Shown in pieces: positions 42,813-52,836 of a DNA stretch of 64,000 bases. Each line of letters begins with the position of its first letter. Position 1 is the first letter of the stretch. This DNA is from Nitrospirota bacterium. Its GTDB lineage: Bacteria > Nitrospirota > Thermodesulfovibrionia > Thermodesulfovibrionales > Dissulfurispiraceae. Location: contig CAWBMP010000004.1 in NCBI GenBank assembly GCA_963790025.1, positions 1,600,001 to 1,664,000 on the forward strand, written 5' to 3'. The notes under the pieces were generated by a model. That model worked only from the letters and a program-made list of their open reading frames with translations, was not told where the DNA came from and did not search any database. The position numbers were made by a program, and so were the translations under genes.

Positions 42813-44867
42813 TTAATTGGCCGCAGGATATGTGCTCGGCAGCGGGTTAAAGCCGGATGGAACGTTATTGATGATTCCCTGACGCACATCCTCAGGCACT
42901 ATTCCTATGGCATTACAGCCGTTACCATTATAATGCGGCAGTGTTTTCACTACTTTATCCGGGATTATTGCGAAAGACGCCGGCAGCGGGGGTAAGACGC
43001 CGGTAAGGCGCATTGGATCGAAACCCGACAACAGGCTCTCAGTAACAGGAGAGTTGATGTCACGGGGCCCAAGGTATTTCTGCTCGAATCCTGATGGGCC
43101 GAACTTGTTGAACGCCGGGGCGTTGCCATCCTTGAGCGCTTCAGCCTCATCGGGAAGGCACGCCAGCGCGGGCAGACCGAAGATGTCGTTTATCGTCTCG
43201 ATGATCGCATTGTGATCGCCCTCGGCGTGAGAAACAGCATGGGCGCGTGCATAGGGCGAGATCAGGAGCAGCGGCACGCGTACGCCCCGGGCCAACGGCA
43301 ACCCATCCGGGCCGTAAGAGAGAATACGTGGCGGAACGTGGTCGTAGAAGCCGTCTGACTCGTCATAGGTGATGATAATTGCGCTTTTATTCCAGAGTTC
43401 CGGGTCTGCTGCTATTGCGTTGATCACACGAGCAGCCATGGCCTCGCTGATTTGTCTGTCGGTGTAGGCAGGATGGTCGTCATCACCTGCCTTTGCAGCA
43501 TTAATTGCACTAATTTCCGCTGCTGGAGTAAGGGGGTTTGTAATCGGCGGCAGCAGCCCCATCTGGTTGGTGTAGCCGCCGCGGATGTAGAACACTCCGC
43601 CCTGGGGCAAAGTATTATTGGCTATATCAGTAAAGAAGTCGGTCATGCCGCGGAAGTTTGGCCGAAGCGGCGGCGTATTAGCCAGATAGCCAAAATACTG
43701 CGGCCCCTGATGGTGGCTGACATAGGCAGCGTGAGAAGCTACACTGCCGGCGTCGCTTGACTCGAGGTCATACCCTTCCTGGTACCAGCGCCAGTTGACC
43801 GGATCAAGACCCAGGTTCCGGATAAATGGAATATCTTTCTGAATGTCCGGCAGGTCAAAGGACGGATTCAGGTTCTGCGACATAACCGTGGTGATGTTGC
43901 GGCCCTGAAAGGTGAGAGGCAGGGCTGCGAATGTCATGTTCGAAGCTATGTTAGTGTCTGCGTAACCATCTTTCGGGTTTGCAGGCTGCTTATCAACGGT
44001 CGTAGTGTCGAACTGGGACCCGTAGAACGGTTGCGGGTCATTAACGAGGGGAGGCCCCTGAGTAGTGCCTGAGTGGCCGTTCACGTTGGTGTAGGCCTGA
44101 CCGTTTGGGCCGTGCTTGACCCACTGCGTCTCTCCAGACTGACCGGCGATCATGGCGACCGCGTTAGGGGTCGAAGGAGTGTCCTCTGTAGCAAAGATAT
44201 TATCGAAAATAGTGAAATGGCCCGCCCACTGCCAGAAGAATGGAATAGTGTTGCAGTCAATGTGCGACATCACAAGGCGCGCGTATTGCGTGCCCTTTGC
44301 GCTGTTAGCCGTCCCGCCGTTTTTGTCAAAACGAGAATACTCATCATAGGCGAACTTGTCCATGTGCGGTACACTGTTTACTATATTTATCTTGGTTGCG
44401 AGCCCCCTGTGAGAATGGTCGACGCTGTCGACGACGGTGGCGTTCTGAGCAGGCCCGATAAGGAAGGGCTGGACCGTGATGTTTTTTCCGCTGATAAGGT
44501 CGGTGTAGGTCTGGGTGAAACCGGGGGTATCGGCGGCGGAACGCGGCATCAGGCCGTCTGAATAAAGGCCGTTGACACCTGGAAAGGTGCCAAATTCGTT
44601 GTCGAACGAGTGGTTCTCGTTGAAAATGACGAAGACGTACTTGATCTTGTTACGCAGCAATTTTACCAGATCATCACGGCCTATATCAGTATGCTCCTTT
44701 GCCGGATCGTTAAAGTATTGCTGGATATCGGGGCCGGCGTCGCTCATAGGCTGTGCTGTGACTAGAGGGCGGGTCTGCGGACCGGCACATGCGGCCAGCA
44801 TGACAAGGGACAACAGCAGCGAGGTTGTCGCCACTACGGACAAATAAAACTTTGCAAGTCGTCTCAT
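42813..44867 (-). CDS. phosphoesterase / phospholipase C / acid phosphatase family lipoprotein
   Basis: Start MRRLAK at 44867 (AGGAG RBS); lipobox LAAC; FNENHSFDN, DDHP, ITYDESDGFYDHVPP, RVPLLLISPYA. Confidence 0.88.
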   Translation of the reverse strand: MRRLAKFYLSVVATTSLLLSLVMLAACAGPQTRPLVTAQPMSDAGPDIQQYFNDPAKEHTDIGRDDLVKLLRNKIKYVFVIFNENHSFDNEFGTFPGVNGLYSDGLMPRSAADTPGFTQTYTDLISGKNITVQPFLIGPAQNATVVDSVDHSHRGLATKINIVNSVPHMDKFAYDEYSRFDKNGGTANSAKGTQYARLVMSHIDCNTIPFFWQWAGHFTIFDNIFATEDTPSTPNAVAMIAGQSGETQWVKHGPNGQAYTNVNGHSGTTQGPPLVNDPQPFYGSQFDTTTVDKQPANPKDGYADTNIASNMTFAALPLTFQGRNITTVMSQNLNPSFDLPDIQKDIPFIRNLGLDPVNWRWYQEGYDLESSDAGSVASHAAYVSHHQGPQYFGYLANTPPLRPNFRGMTDFFTDIANNTLPQGGVFYIRGGYTNQMGLLPPITNPLTPAAEISAINAAKAGDDDHPAYTDRQISEAMAARVINAIAADPELWNKSAIIITYDESDGFYDHVPPRILSYGPDGLPLARGVRVPLLLISPYARAHAVSHAEGDHNAIIETINDIFGLPALACLPDEAEALKDGNAPAFNKFGPSGFEQKYLGPRDINSPVTESLLSGFDPMRLTGVLPPLPASFAIIPDKVVKTLPHYNGNGCNAIGIVPEDVRQGIINNVPSGFNPLPSTYPAAN

Positions 44868-45010
44868 ATTGCATCTCCTTTCAGGACAAGCAGTCTGGTT
44901 CTTTCTTCGGTGGGCAGCAAAGACAGCCATACACAAAATTATATTATAGTAGATCATATCGAGTGTTAAAAAATGATGACGTCAGTGTTACTTCTTGGTT
45001 AAGCTCTGAT

Positions 45011-45700
45011 TTAAGGCCGGTCTTTCTCTGGTGGAGAAAATTTAATATAGTTTTCCCAAATGAAAAAAAGTTCTTTTGTTGCCCTAAGGTCACCAGCGCA
45101 GTAGCGGGCAATATCAATGTAACGTTTCGACTCGAACAGTTCTTTCACGTCATAGCCGGTAATGCCGCCGGCCTTAGGGCTTTTTATATCGAAGGTCCTG
45201 CACCACATGTCGAGACTGAAACGCTTTTTCGATGTTCCGTAAAAGGACAATTGATCGAAAAGGTCGATATGGGGGCCGTTATAACGGTTGGGCATCAATT
45301 CCCTTGAGGGTTTTATCTTATGTCGTGCCGAGCGGATTAGAATGAACGGGCAATCAAATCCCCTGCCGTTGAAGGTGATGAACTGATCGTAGGTCCTGAT
45401 AACGCTCCAGAACTTTTCCAGTATCTCCTTTTCCGTTCCGCACTCGTACAGCATGCCGTCTTCTTCGAAGGGCGGCATATCACCCGGCGCTTGGAAATAA
45501 ACGGCGCCCTTGGCGGTATCCGGATTGAGCATACCTATTGTGATAACCTCGGCTGTGAGCGGATAGAAGGAAAGGCTTTCTTTTATACGTTGGACCTCAT
45601 CTTCTGTATCGGCCCATTTGAGAAAGTATTCCTGAGCGGCGGGATCAAGAGACCCGAAATCCACCCCCAAAGTCTCTATGTCGAATATGATGCGGCCCAT
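45011..45700 (-). CDS. standalone DEDD 3'-5' exonuclease (PolB-exo-like)
   Basis: FDIET, FNGRGFD, HIDL, RYCAGD. Confidence 0.88.
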   Translation of the reverse strand: MGRIIFDIETLGVDFGSLDPAAQEYFLKWADTEDEVQRIKESLSFYPLTAEVITIGMLNPDTAKGAVYFQAPGDMPPFEEDGMLYECGTEKEILEKFWSVIRTYDQFITFNGRGFDCPFILIRSARHKIKPSRELMPNRYNGPHIDLFDQLSFYGTSKKRFSLDMWCRTFDIKSPKAGGITGYDVKELFESKRYIDIARYCAGDLRATKELFFIWENYIKFSPPEKDRP

Positions 45701-45708
45701 TTTTAAAG

Positions 45709-45798
45709 AAACAGGTAAATGTAAAGAGTGAGACAGGTAAAAGCAGAAATCTCGTCTTGTTACGTTATCTTTACCTCTGCCTCAACCTATACCTGTTT
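45709..45798. repeat. degenerate hexamer-repeat inverted element downstream of ctpA
   Basis: AAACAGGTA (45709) ... TACCTGTTT (45790), with hexamer run TTTACC TCTGCC TCAACC TATACC. Confidence 0.5.
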
Positions 45799-45807
45799 TT
45801 TAAACGC

Positions 45808-47106
45808 CTATGCTGCTTTCTTGCGCATGTTTTCAAACACTTTCCATGTCTTAAGCGTATCTACTGCCCGCTGCAGCTGCAAATCGTCTTTTTCTTCCAC
45901 CTCAAGTGGCCCCATCTCTTTTTCTTCGCTTTCCTCTTTCAAATTATCGTTTTTGAGATGCCTCTCCAGGTCCTTTTCCCTGACAATGGTATGGGTTTCC
46001 GTCCCATCTTTGGCAGCCAGCTTGACAACAATATCAGGGGTGATACCGACACTTTGGATGCTTATGCCGTTCGGGGTATAGTACTTTGCGGTAGTAAGCC
46101 GGAGCCCTGACCCGTCACTGAGCGGGATAAGGCTTTGCACCGAGCCTTTGCCAAAAGTCTGGACGCCGATGATTACCGCCCTCTTCCAGTCCTTCATGGC
46201 TCCGGCAACGATCTCGGAAGCGCTTGCGCTGCCCTGATTGACAAGGACTACCATGGGCATATCAGTGTAATAGGGTTTATCTCCTTCAGTATAATATTCT
46301 TTCTTATCTCCGGTCCTGCCTTTTATATACACAACAAGCTGCTTGGGCGGCAGGAACTGTTCAGCTACTTCCACTGCACTGTCGAGCAGACCGCCCGGGT
46401 CATTTCTAAGGTCAAGTATAATAGAGGTCATGCCCTCCTTCTTTAGGTTGGCAAGCGCTGAAGAAAGATCGTCGCCTGTGGCTTCCTGGAACTGGGTGAG
46501 CTTTATGTATCCGATAGAGCTGTCGATCATTTTTGCCTTGACGCTTTTTATTTTTATCGTATCCCTGACGATAGTGAAATCTTTCGGTTCAGTCCAGCCC
46601 TCTCTCATGACGCCCAAAACAATGGAAGACCCCTTTGGCCCGCGCATTTTTGCAACGGCATCGGTTATTCCCATATTTTTTGTGGATTCTCCGGCAATTT
46701 TTACAATTTTGTCCCCGGATTTGATTCCCGCCCTGTACGCAGGGGTATCTTCAATGGGAGCAATGACAGTAAGAACAGAGTCTTTTATCCCGATCTGTAT
46801 ACCGAGACCGCCGAACTCTCCCCTGGTTTCGACCTGAAGCTCTTTGTATGCTTCAGGAGTCATATAGCCTGAGTGGGGATCGAGGGAAGAGACCATGCCC
46901 TTGATTGCAGAGGTAACCAGATCTTTCTTCTTGACATCATCTACATAACTTTTTTTTATCAAATCCAGAACTTCAATGAAGGGCTTTAATTCTTCATAGC
47001 TACTCTCGGCATTGACCGTTCCTATGGTCCATCTGCCTATAAGCGCAATAGCAAAGGCAAAAGAGATAATCGTGGTGACGACAAGCCATTTTGTTTTTGG
47101 AAGCAT
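45808..47106 (-). CDS. ctpA: C-terminal processing protease (S41, PDZ)
   Basis: LDPHS, GLGI, DLRNDPGG, SASASEI, GKGSVQ. Confidence 0.95.
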   Translation of the reverse strand: MLPKTKWLVVTTIISFAFAIALIGRWTIGTVNAESSYEELKPFIEVLDLIKKSYVDDVKKKDLVTSAIKGMVSSLDPHSGYMTPEAYKELQVETRGEFGGLGIQIGIKDSVLTVIAPIEDTPAYRAGIKSGDKIVKIAGESTKNMGITDAVAKMRGPKGSSIVLGVMREGWTEPKDFTIVRDTIKIKSVKAKMIDSSIGYIKLTQFQEATGDDLSSALANLKKEGMTSIILDLRNDPGGLLDSAVEVAEQFLPPKQLVVYIKGRTGDKKEYYTEGDKPYYTDMPMVVLVNQGSASASEIVAGAMKDWKRAVIIGVQTFGKGSVQSLIPLSDGSGLRLTTAKYYTPNGISIQSVGITPDIVVKLAAKDGTETHTIVREKDLERHLKNDNLKEESEEKEMGPLEVEEKDDLQLQRAVDTLKTWKVFENMRKKAA

Positions 47107-47115
47107 TTTTCACTC

Positions 47116-48381
47116 CTATTGTTTTAACCATTGCTGAGGATCGATGGGTTTCCCGTTGTACCGTATCTCAAAATACAGTCCGCTCGTTCCAAGCGTGCTT
47201 GATTCCCCGACCTCTCCAATGGTCTGATATTCTTTTATTATAGCGCCATTCTTTGAAAAAATCTTCGACAAGTTGCCATAAAGCGAATGGTACCCGTTGC
47301 CATGGCTTATAATGATCAGCTGTCCGTAACCCTTGAAATAGTCTGCAAATACCACTTTGCCGTCAAAGACCGCCTTAACCGGGGAGCCGCTTTCCGCTTT
47401 CACGTGCATGCCGCTTCTGAAAACAGGCAGATTAAATATGGGGTCTACCTGGGTACCGTACTGCAATGCGACACTGCCGTTTACCGGCCAGGGAAGTTTT
47501 CCTTTCAGTTTGCGAAACGGGCTGTTGTCCGCTGCCTCTTCCTCTTTTGCACCGGGCCTTGTTTTGACGATCCGCTTTTTTCTTGTCTCCCGCTCCCGTC
47601 TTTCAGTCTCCCTGATAATCGAGAGCAATCTGCTGGATGTTTCCTTGAGCTCATTTATCATATTTTCGTACAGGCCTTTTTCTTTTCTGACCTGGGTGAG
47701 CAGCGTCTCGCGCTCTTTTTTCTTTTCCTTCAGGTCGACTTCGAGCTTCGCAAGACTTCTTTCCTCCACTTTAAGGGCCGCATACAGAACTTTTAATTCG
47801 GCATCTTTTTTGGCCATGGCCCGCAGCTCTGTCTTGTATTTTTTTATGAGCCCGTAATCATAGTCAGATATGTCCCTTAGGTATTTTTCGGTCCTCAATG
47901 TTTGTGCGAAATCTTCCCCGCTAAGCAAAATCAGAAGCGCATCCTTATTTACGTCAAACATCACGAGCGTTCTCAATCTTTTTTTTAAGCGGATTTTGTG
48001 TGCCTGCAGGACAGCGCTGTTGCTTGCGATGTCCTTCTGCAACGCCAGAATATTGGTATTCAACTGTCTTATCTTGTCCCGTTTGGCTGATAGCTGTCGT
48101 TCAATTTCGTGGAGTTCGGAAGTCATTTTCCGCAATTCTTCAAGAACGGACTGCTCCTGTTTTTTTACTGACTCAAGCTTTTGTTTGTGTGTCCTGATGT
48201 CCTTCTGAATGCGTTTGTATTCTTCCTTCGTTTGCTCCGCACTTGCGAGGGGAGGGGCAAGTCCGGGGTTCCACGTAGGAAATTGTAGGGCCATCCCCAA
48301 CAGAAAGACGATGAGAGAAATAAAAAATATGGATTTGTCCGGGAATACATTGTGCATTTTACGACGCGCACGTTGCATCAA
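47116..48381 (-). CDS. envC: murein hydrolase activator EnvC (coiled coil plus degenerate M23)
   Basis: Long coiled coil; LPWPVNG, GYGQLIIISH, LYFEIR; follows ftsEX. Confidence 0.9.
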   Translation of the reverse strand: MMQRARRKMHNVFPDKSIFFISLIVFLLGMALQFPTWNPGLAPPLASAEQTKEEYKRIQKDIRTHKQKLESVKKQEQSVLEELRKMTSELHEIERQLSAKRDKIRQLNTNILALQKDIASNSAVLQAHKIRLKKRLRTLVMFDVNKDALLILLSGEDFAQTLRTEKYLRDISDYDYGLIKKYKTELRAMAKKDAELKVLYAALKVEERSLAKLEVDLKEKKKERETLLTQVRKEKGLYENMINELKETSSRLLSIIRETERRERETRKKRIVKTRPGAKEEEAADNSPFRKLKGKLPWPVNGSVALQYGTQVDPIFNLPVFRSGMHVKAESGSPVKAVFDGKVVFADYFKGYGQLIIISHGNGYHSLYGNLSKIFSKNGAIIKEYQTIGEVGESSTLGTSGLYFEIRYNGKPIDPQQWLKQ

Positions 48382-49257
48382 TCAGAGCCTTATCCGGCCA
48401 ATGGCAAGAGCAGAGCCTATTACGCCCAATATTATACCGATGAAGGGAAGGGCTATAACGACCTCAAAGGGAAAGACCAGTGTGCTTAATATGGGAATGA
48501 CCATGCTCAAGCGGTAGGTTACGGCAAAGTAGAAGATAAAGGCCCCGACTATACCCAGAATTCCGCCGAACAGCCCTATGACACTGCCTTCAATAAGAAA
48601 GGGCGTTCTGATAAAGTCGCTGGTTGCACCAAGTAGTTTCATAATCTCTATTTCTTCCTTTTTCCGGTAGAAAAGAATTTTTACCGTGCTGTAGGTCACA
48701 AAAACAACGCCGAGAGAAATAGTTAAAAAGATGATGATGCTTATGTTCCGGACCGATTGCTTCAGCAGGTGTATAGCTTCGGCTATACTCTCCCCGTAAT
48801 AAAGCGTATCGATACCGGGTATCCTCCTGATCTCTCCGGCGATCCTGGAAGCGGTTAACGGTGTGACAAACTCTTTTCTCAATTTTATTTCTATTGAAGG
48901 GGAAAGTGGATTTTCATCCAGGCCTTCGAGGAGATGAGCTGAATCCTTGAGGTTCTGCTTTAATTCAAGCAGGGCGTCTTCTTTGGTTATATATCGGACC
49001 TTGGCCACTTCCGCTCTTTTTTTGAGCGAATCCATTATCTGCTGCGTTTCCTCTTGCGAAAGAGAGTTTTTCAGATAGGCCATCATCGAGAAGCGCTCCG
49101 GCAGGTGATTCGCAATAAGCTCAATGTTGTAAAGAAAGAATACTGCGAGAGTTATGATGAGCAAACTGGATCCCACTGTGAGAGTTGAAAGGATATTAAT
49201 CCATTTTTCTTTCCCGAGACTCTTAAAAGCAGATTTAAAGGAGTATGATAATGCCAT
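48382..49257 (-). CDS. ftsX: cell division permease FtsX
   Basis: ENPL, EIEIMKLLGAT..FIRTPFLIEG; located between ftsE and envC. Confidence 0.93.
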   Translation of the reverse strand: MALSYSFKSAFKSLGKEKWINILSTLTVGSSLLIITLAVFFLYNIELIANHLPERFSMMAYLKNSLSQEETQQIMDSLKKRAEVAKVRYITKEDALLELKQNLKDSAHLLEGLDENPLSPSIEIKLRKEFVTPLTASRIAGEIRRIPGIDTLYYGESIAEAIHLLKQSVRNISIIIFLTISLGVVFVTYSTVKILFYRKKEEIEIMKLLGATSDFIRTPFLIEGSVIGLFGGILGIVGAFIFYFAVTYRLSMVIPILSTLVFPFEVVIALPFIGIILGVIGSALAIGRIRL

Positions 49258-49919
49258 TACCCTATCTCCTCACTGGCAAAGGCCCCGCCATCAAGCTTTA
49301 ACACCCTCTTGCCCGAATTCCTGAATAATTCCCGGTTATGTGTTGCGATGAGTGTTGTCGCCCCCTGGGCATTCAGCTCGTGGAACAGTGTAATGATATC
49401 AAGTGCCGTTTTAAGGTCGAGATTGCCGGTGGGCTCGTCGGCGAGCAGAACTACAGGGCCTCCCACTATGGCGCGCGCAATGGCAACCCGCTGCTGTTCT
49501 CCCCCAGAAAGACTTTCGGGATAGCTGTCGGCGACATGGCGCAGATTCACCTTTTTCAGCGCTTCCGAAGATAAGGAACGGACAACTCTTTCGTGCATCC
49601 CCCTGATATGCAAGGCCAGGGCCACGTTATCGATGACCGTAAGATTATTGATGAGCTTAAAATCCTGAAACACAACGCCGATATTCCGTCTCAACAAGGG
49701 TATTTCGGATATTTTTAAAGAGGGAAGGTGAATGTCCTCAATTATAATCTCACCCTCGTCAGGCAGTTCCGCCATGTACATCAGCTTGAGCAGCGTAGAT
49801 TTTCCGGCGCCGCTCGGGCCGGTGATAAATGCCATTTCACCTTTTTGAATGGTGAATGTGATGTTTTTTAATACAGTGTTGTGTTCGTAGAATTTTGAAA
49901 CGTTCTCAAAAGCAATCAT
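49257..49919 (-). CDS. ftsE: cell division ATP-binding protein FtsE
   Basis: GPSGAGKST, VFQDFKL, LSGGEQQRVAIARA, ADEPTGNLD; its ATG overlaps the upstream TGA. Confidence 0.93.
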   Translation of the reverse strand: MIAFENVSKFYEHNTVLKNITFTIQKGEMAFITGPSGAGKSTLLKLMYMAELPDEGEIIIEDIHLPSLKISEIPLLRRNIGVVFQDFKLINNLTVIDNVALALHIRGMHERVVRSLSSEALKKVNLRHVADSYPESLSGGEQQRVAIARAIVGGPVVLLADEPTGNLDLKTALDIITLFHELNAQGATTLIATHNRELFRNSGKRVLKLDGGAFASEEIG

Positions 49920-50923
49920 CAACGTGGAAATTCTTGGAAAAAGCCCATTACGGTTCTTAAAATATCCTCTGAAGAAAGCCCGAAGAGTTTTATCAGTTCA
50001 TCAGGGGACCCTGAGCACCCGAATGTATCTCTTGTGCCGATCTTTCGCACATGGGCCGGATGGTTTTCAGCCAGGAACTCCGAAACCGCTCCGCCCAGGC
50101 CCCCTATAACGGAATGCTCTTCGGCGGTAACGATCAATTTAGATCCTTTCGCAGCGTTCAATACAGCATCCGTGTCGAGCGGCTTGATGGTGGACATGTT
50201 GATAACACCCGCGTCCACCCCATTTAACTGAAGCAACTCTCTGGCATGAAGAGCAATTGACACCATCATCCCTGTTGCAATAATGGTGACGTCACGGCCT
50301 ATGTTGAATGTAAATGCCTTGCCGATCACGAACCGGTAATTTTCAGGCATGACCGGAGGGACCTTTGCCCTGCCGAGCCGCACATAGACGGGGTGCCCGT
50401 ATTCGGCAACAGCATCAATTACCTGTTGTGTTTCAAAGCCGTCGCAAGGCACTACGACCGTAATATGGGGGATGACTCTCATCAGTGCAATATCCTCAAG
50501 TGCCTGATGTGAAGCCCCATCTTCGCCAACAGTGATCCCCGCATGCGTGGCAACCAATTTTACATTAAGCCCTGAATAGCATAGGGTCTGCCGAATTTGC
50601 TCCCATGCACGGCCTGTTTGAAATACGGCAAAGGTAGATGCGAAAGGGATTTTACCGGTCAGCGACAGACCACCCGCCGTGCCGATCATGTCTTGTTCCG
50701 CAATGCCCATATTAAAAAATCTGTCGGGAAAGGCCCTGGCGAATTTCGCTGTTTTTGTAGAACCGGAAAGGTCCGCATCGAGCACGACAACTCTTTCATT
50801 GCGCTTGCCCAATGCAAGAAGCGCCGCCCCATAAGCATCGCGAGTGGCAACCGCCTTGCCGCAGAAGTCGGGACAGTCTGGGGCGTGCGCCTTGATTTCA
50901 GGTCCCTGTTCTCTACTCCCCAT
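49919..50923 (-). CDS. transketolase, C-terminal section
   Basis: ATRDAYG, GIAEQDM, GEDGASHQ, EEHSVIGGLG; likely start at 50923. Confidence 0.93.
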   Translation of the reverse strand: MGSREQGPEIKAHAPDCPDFCGKAVATRDAYGAALLALGKRNERVVVLDADLSGSTKTAKFARAFPDRFFNMGIAEQDMIGTAGGLSLTGKIPFASTFAVFQTGRAWEQIRQTLCYSGLNVKLVATHAGITVGEDGASHQALEDIALMRVIPHITVVVPCDGFETQQVIDAVAEYGHPVYVRLGRAKVPPVMPENYRFVIGKAFTFNIGRDVTIIATGMMVSIALHARELLQLNGVDAGVINMSTIKPLDTDAVLNAAKGSKLIVTAEEHSVIGGLGGAVSEFLAENHPAHVRKIGTRDTFGCSGSPDELIKLFGLSSEDILRTVMGFFQEFPR

Positions 50924-51755
50924 TGCCACCAAGCTCCAGGAGCGCCCTGTCAAGCTCCTCTTTTGTCGGCGCTAATCCGTGGTATTCTGCTTTGCCTTCG
51001 AAGAAAGATACCCCTTTGCTTTTAACTGTCCTGGCAAGTATAACAGAGGGCTTGCCCTTGATCTTTTCCGCCTCATCAAGCGTTTTTACAATATCTTCCA
51101 TATTATGGCCGTCTATTTCGAACACATGCCAGTTGAAAGACTTCCATTTTTCCGAAAGAGGTTCCACCTGCATGACATCACAGCATCTGCCGTCTATTTG
51201 CAGTCCATTGACATCTATGATAGCGCAAAGGTTATCGAGATTATAATGTCCTGCCGACATTGCAGCCTCCCATACTTGCCCTTCCTGAATCTCACCATCG
51301 CCCAAAAGACAATAAACCCTGGAAGAACTCTTATCAAGCCTCAGCCCCAAAGCAATGCCGTTTGAAATAGAAAGGCCCTGTCCGAGAGAGCCGGTAGAGA
51401 CCTCAACGCCCTCAATAAGTTTTGATGATGGATGTCCCTGCAGCGGACAGCCGATTTTCCTGAGATTGGCAAGCAGTGATGTTTCAAAATATCCGGACAA
51501 GGCTAAAACTGCATATAGAAGGGGGGCGGCATGGCCTTTCGAGAGAATAAACCTGTCCCGCTCCTGCCAGGCAGGGTCCTGGGGGCGGTGCCTCATTTTG
51601 TAAAAGTAGAGTGCTGTCACGATATCCGCTGCGGAGAGAGAGCCTCCTGTATGGCCGGAGCCGGATGCAGTGAGCATCTTTAAAATTTCAATTCTTATAT
51701 TTCGCGCCTGTTCTGTCAGGGAGCGTATATCTGGGGATTGCATAGCCGTTTCCAT
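50913..51755 (-). CDS. transketolase, N-terminal section
   Basis: GHTGGSLS, DRFILSKGH, LQGHP, TGSLGQG, GDGEIQEG; likely start at 51755 or 51743. Confidence 0.95.
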   Translation of the reverse strand: METAMQSPDIRSLTEQARNIRIEILKMLTASGSGHTGGSLSAADIVTALYFYKMRHRPQDPAWQERDRFILSKGHAAPLLYAVLALSGYFETSLLANLRKIGCPLQGHPSSKLIEGVEVSTGSLGQGLSISNGIALGLRLDKSSSRVYCLLGDGEIQEGQVWEAAMSAGHYNLDNLCAIIDVNGLQIDGRCCDVMQVEPLSEKWKSFNWHVFEIDGHNMEDIVKTLDEAEKIKGKPSVILARTVKSKGVSFFEGKAEYHGLAPTKEELDRALLELGGNGE

Positions 51756-51878
51756 TTGTGAGTTTCCTTTGCCGGTGAAAAGAAGTTCGCTTATTATATA
51801 ACAAGACAAGCGGAAATTGGTATTTTCATTGGTGTGACTGTTTTATTGTATCCGACCGGATACAGGCATTTTATCCCC

Positions 51879-52235
51879 TCAGCATACAAGGTAGTTTATA
51901 TCATACCCGTGCTTTTGAAACGCGAAACGCAGGTCCCTCCTCTGTTCAGGGGTTATAGAAGTATAAATTTCCGCGATCTTCTCCCTGGACTGTTCAGCAG
52001 GCACGCAATTGTATTTATAAAGGTCATCCTTTGTTTTTGCAGACAGTTGTGTATCGGCAAGTATGCTTTTCAAGTCTCCCGACTCGCAAAGCATCTTGTA
52101 GAGGCCTTCCTTATTACTGCCGAAAAAATAACTCTTGCCGTCCTTTGTAACAAGAAACGTACTGGAGCACGCTTCGGCAAACAACGCCGCGAGAAGGACA
52201 ATTGCCGGGACAAAAAGGCGTATTTCTTTTTTCAT
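51879..52235 (-). CDS. hypothetical lipoprotein
   Basis: Signal peptide with a lipobox-like AEAC; three further Cys, one at the C-terminus. Confidence 0.75.
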   Translation of the reverse strand: MKKEIRLFVPAIVLLAALFAEACSSTFLVTKDGKSYFFGSNKEGLYKMLCESGDLKSILADTQLSAKTKDDLYKYNCVPAEQSREKIAEIYTSITPEQRRDLRFAFQKHGYDINYLVC

Positions 52236-52238
52236 GGT

Positions 52239-52775
52239 CTACCTGCCTGTCAAAAGGTCAATAATCTTTTCTTTCATTTGAGGTGAGTCCCACGCCTGTT
52301 CGCCCATAATCTTTTCAACGATTACGCCTTTCCTGTCTATGATAAAAGTTGCCGGCAGTCCGATCACTGCATAGCTGTCGAAAAAAACTTCCTTGTTCTT
52401 GTCCATCAAAACGTGGAATGCCAGTTTTTTTTCAGATATGAAAGAAATCACGGGTTTTTCTGATAAGTCGACTGAAATTGCTATAACAGCAAGTCCCTTG
52501 TTTTTCAGTTCCAGAAAAAGCTTGTTGAGCGACGGCATCTCTGCTTTGCAGGGGCCGCATGATGTTGCCCAGAAATTAAGGATGACGACATCGCCTCTGA
52601 AATCGGAAAGGGAAACCTTTTTGCCGTAGACATCAGTAAGAGTGAAAGCAGGGGCAGCGGAACCTGGTATTTCAGCAAATGCATGTGTAACGATTAAATT
52701 AATTAAAAAGATGACAAGAAAGAAAATAAGAAAGAAAAAAATTACCTGCCTGATAGTCGGATAATTGAAATTCAC
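52239..52775 (-). CDS. TlpA/ResA-family thiol-disulfide oxidoreductase
   Basis: N-terminal TM; APAFTL; LNFWATSCGPCKAEMP; GLPATFIID. Confidence 0.93.
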   Translation of the reverse strand: MNFNYPTIRQVIFFFLIFFLVIFLINLIVTHAFAEIPGSAAPAFTLTDVYGKKVSLSDFRGDVVILNFWATSCGPCKAEMPSLNKLFLELKNKGLAVIAISVDLSEKPVISFISEKKLAFHVLMDKNKEVFFDSYAVIGLPATFIIDRKGVIVEKIMGEQAWDSPQMKEKIIDLLTGR

Positions 52776-52794
52776 AATATTGCCTCAATAAAAT

Positions 52795-52827
52795 AGGGGA
52801 AGGAGCCGCACTGCGGCTTCTTCCCCT
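52795..52827 (-). terminator. hairpin terminator/attenuator after the outer-membrane protein gene
   Basis: Minus strand AGGGGAAGAAGCCGCA-G-TGCGGCTCCTTCCCCT followed by ATTTTATT. Confidence 0.65.
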
Positions 52828-52836
52828 TAAAGGTGT

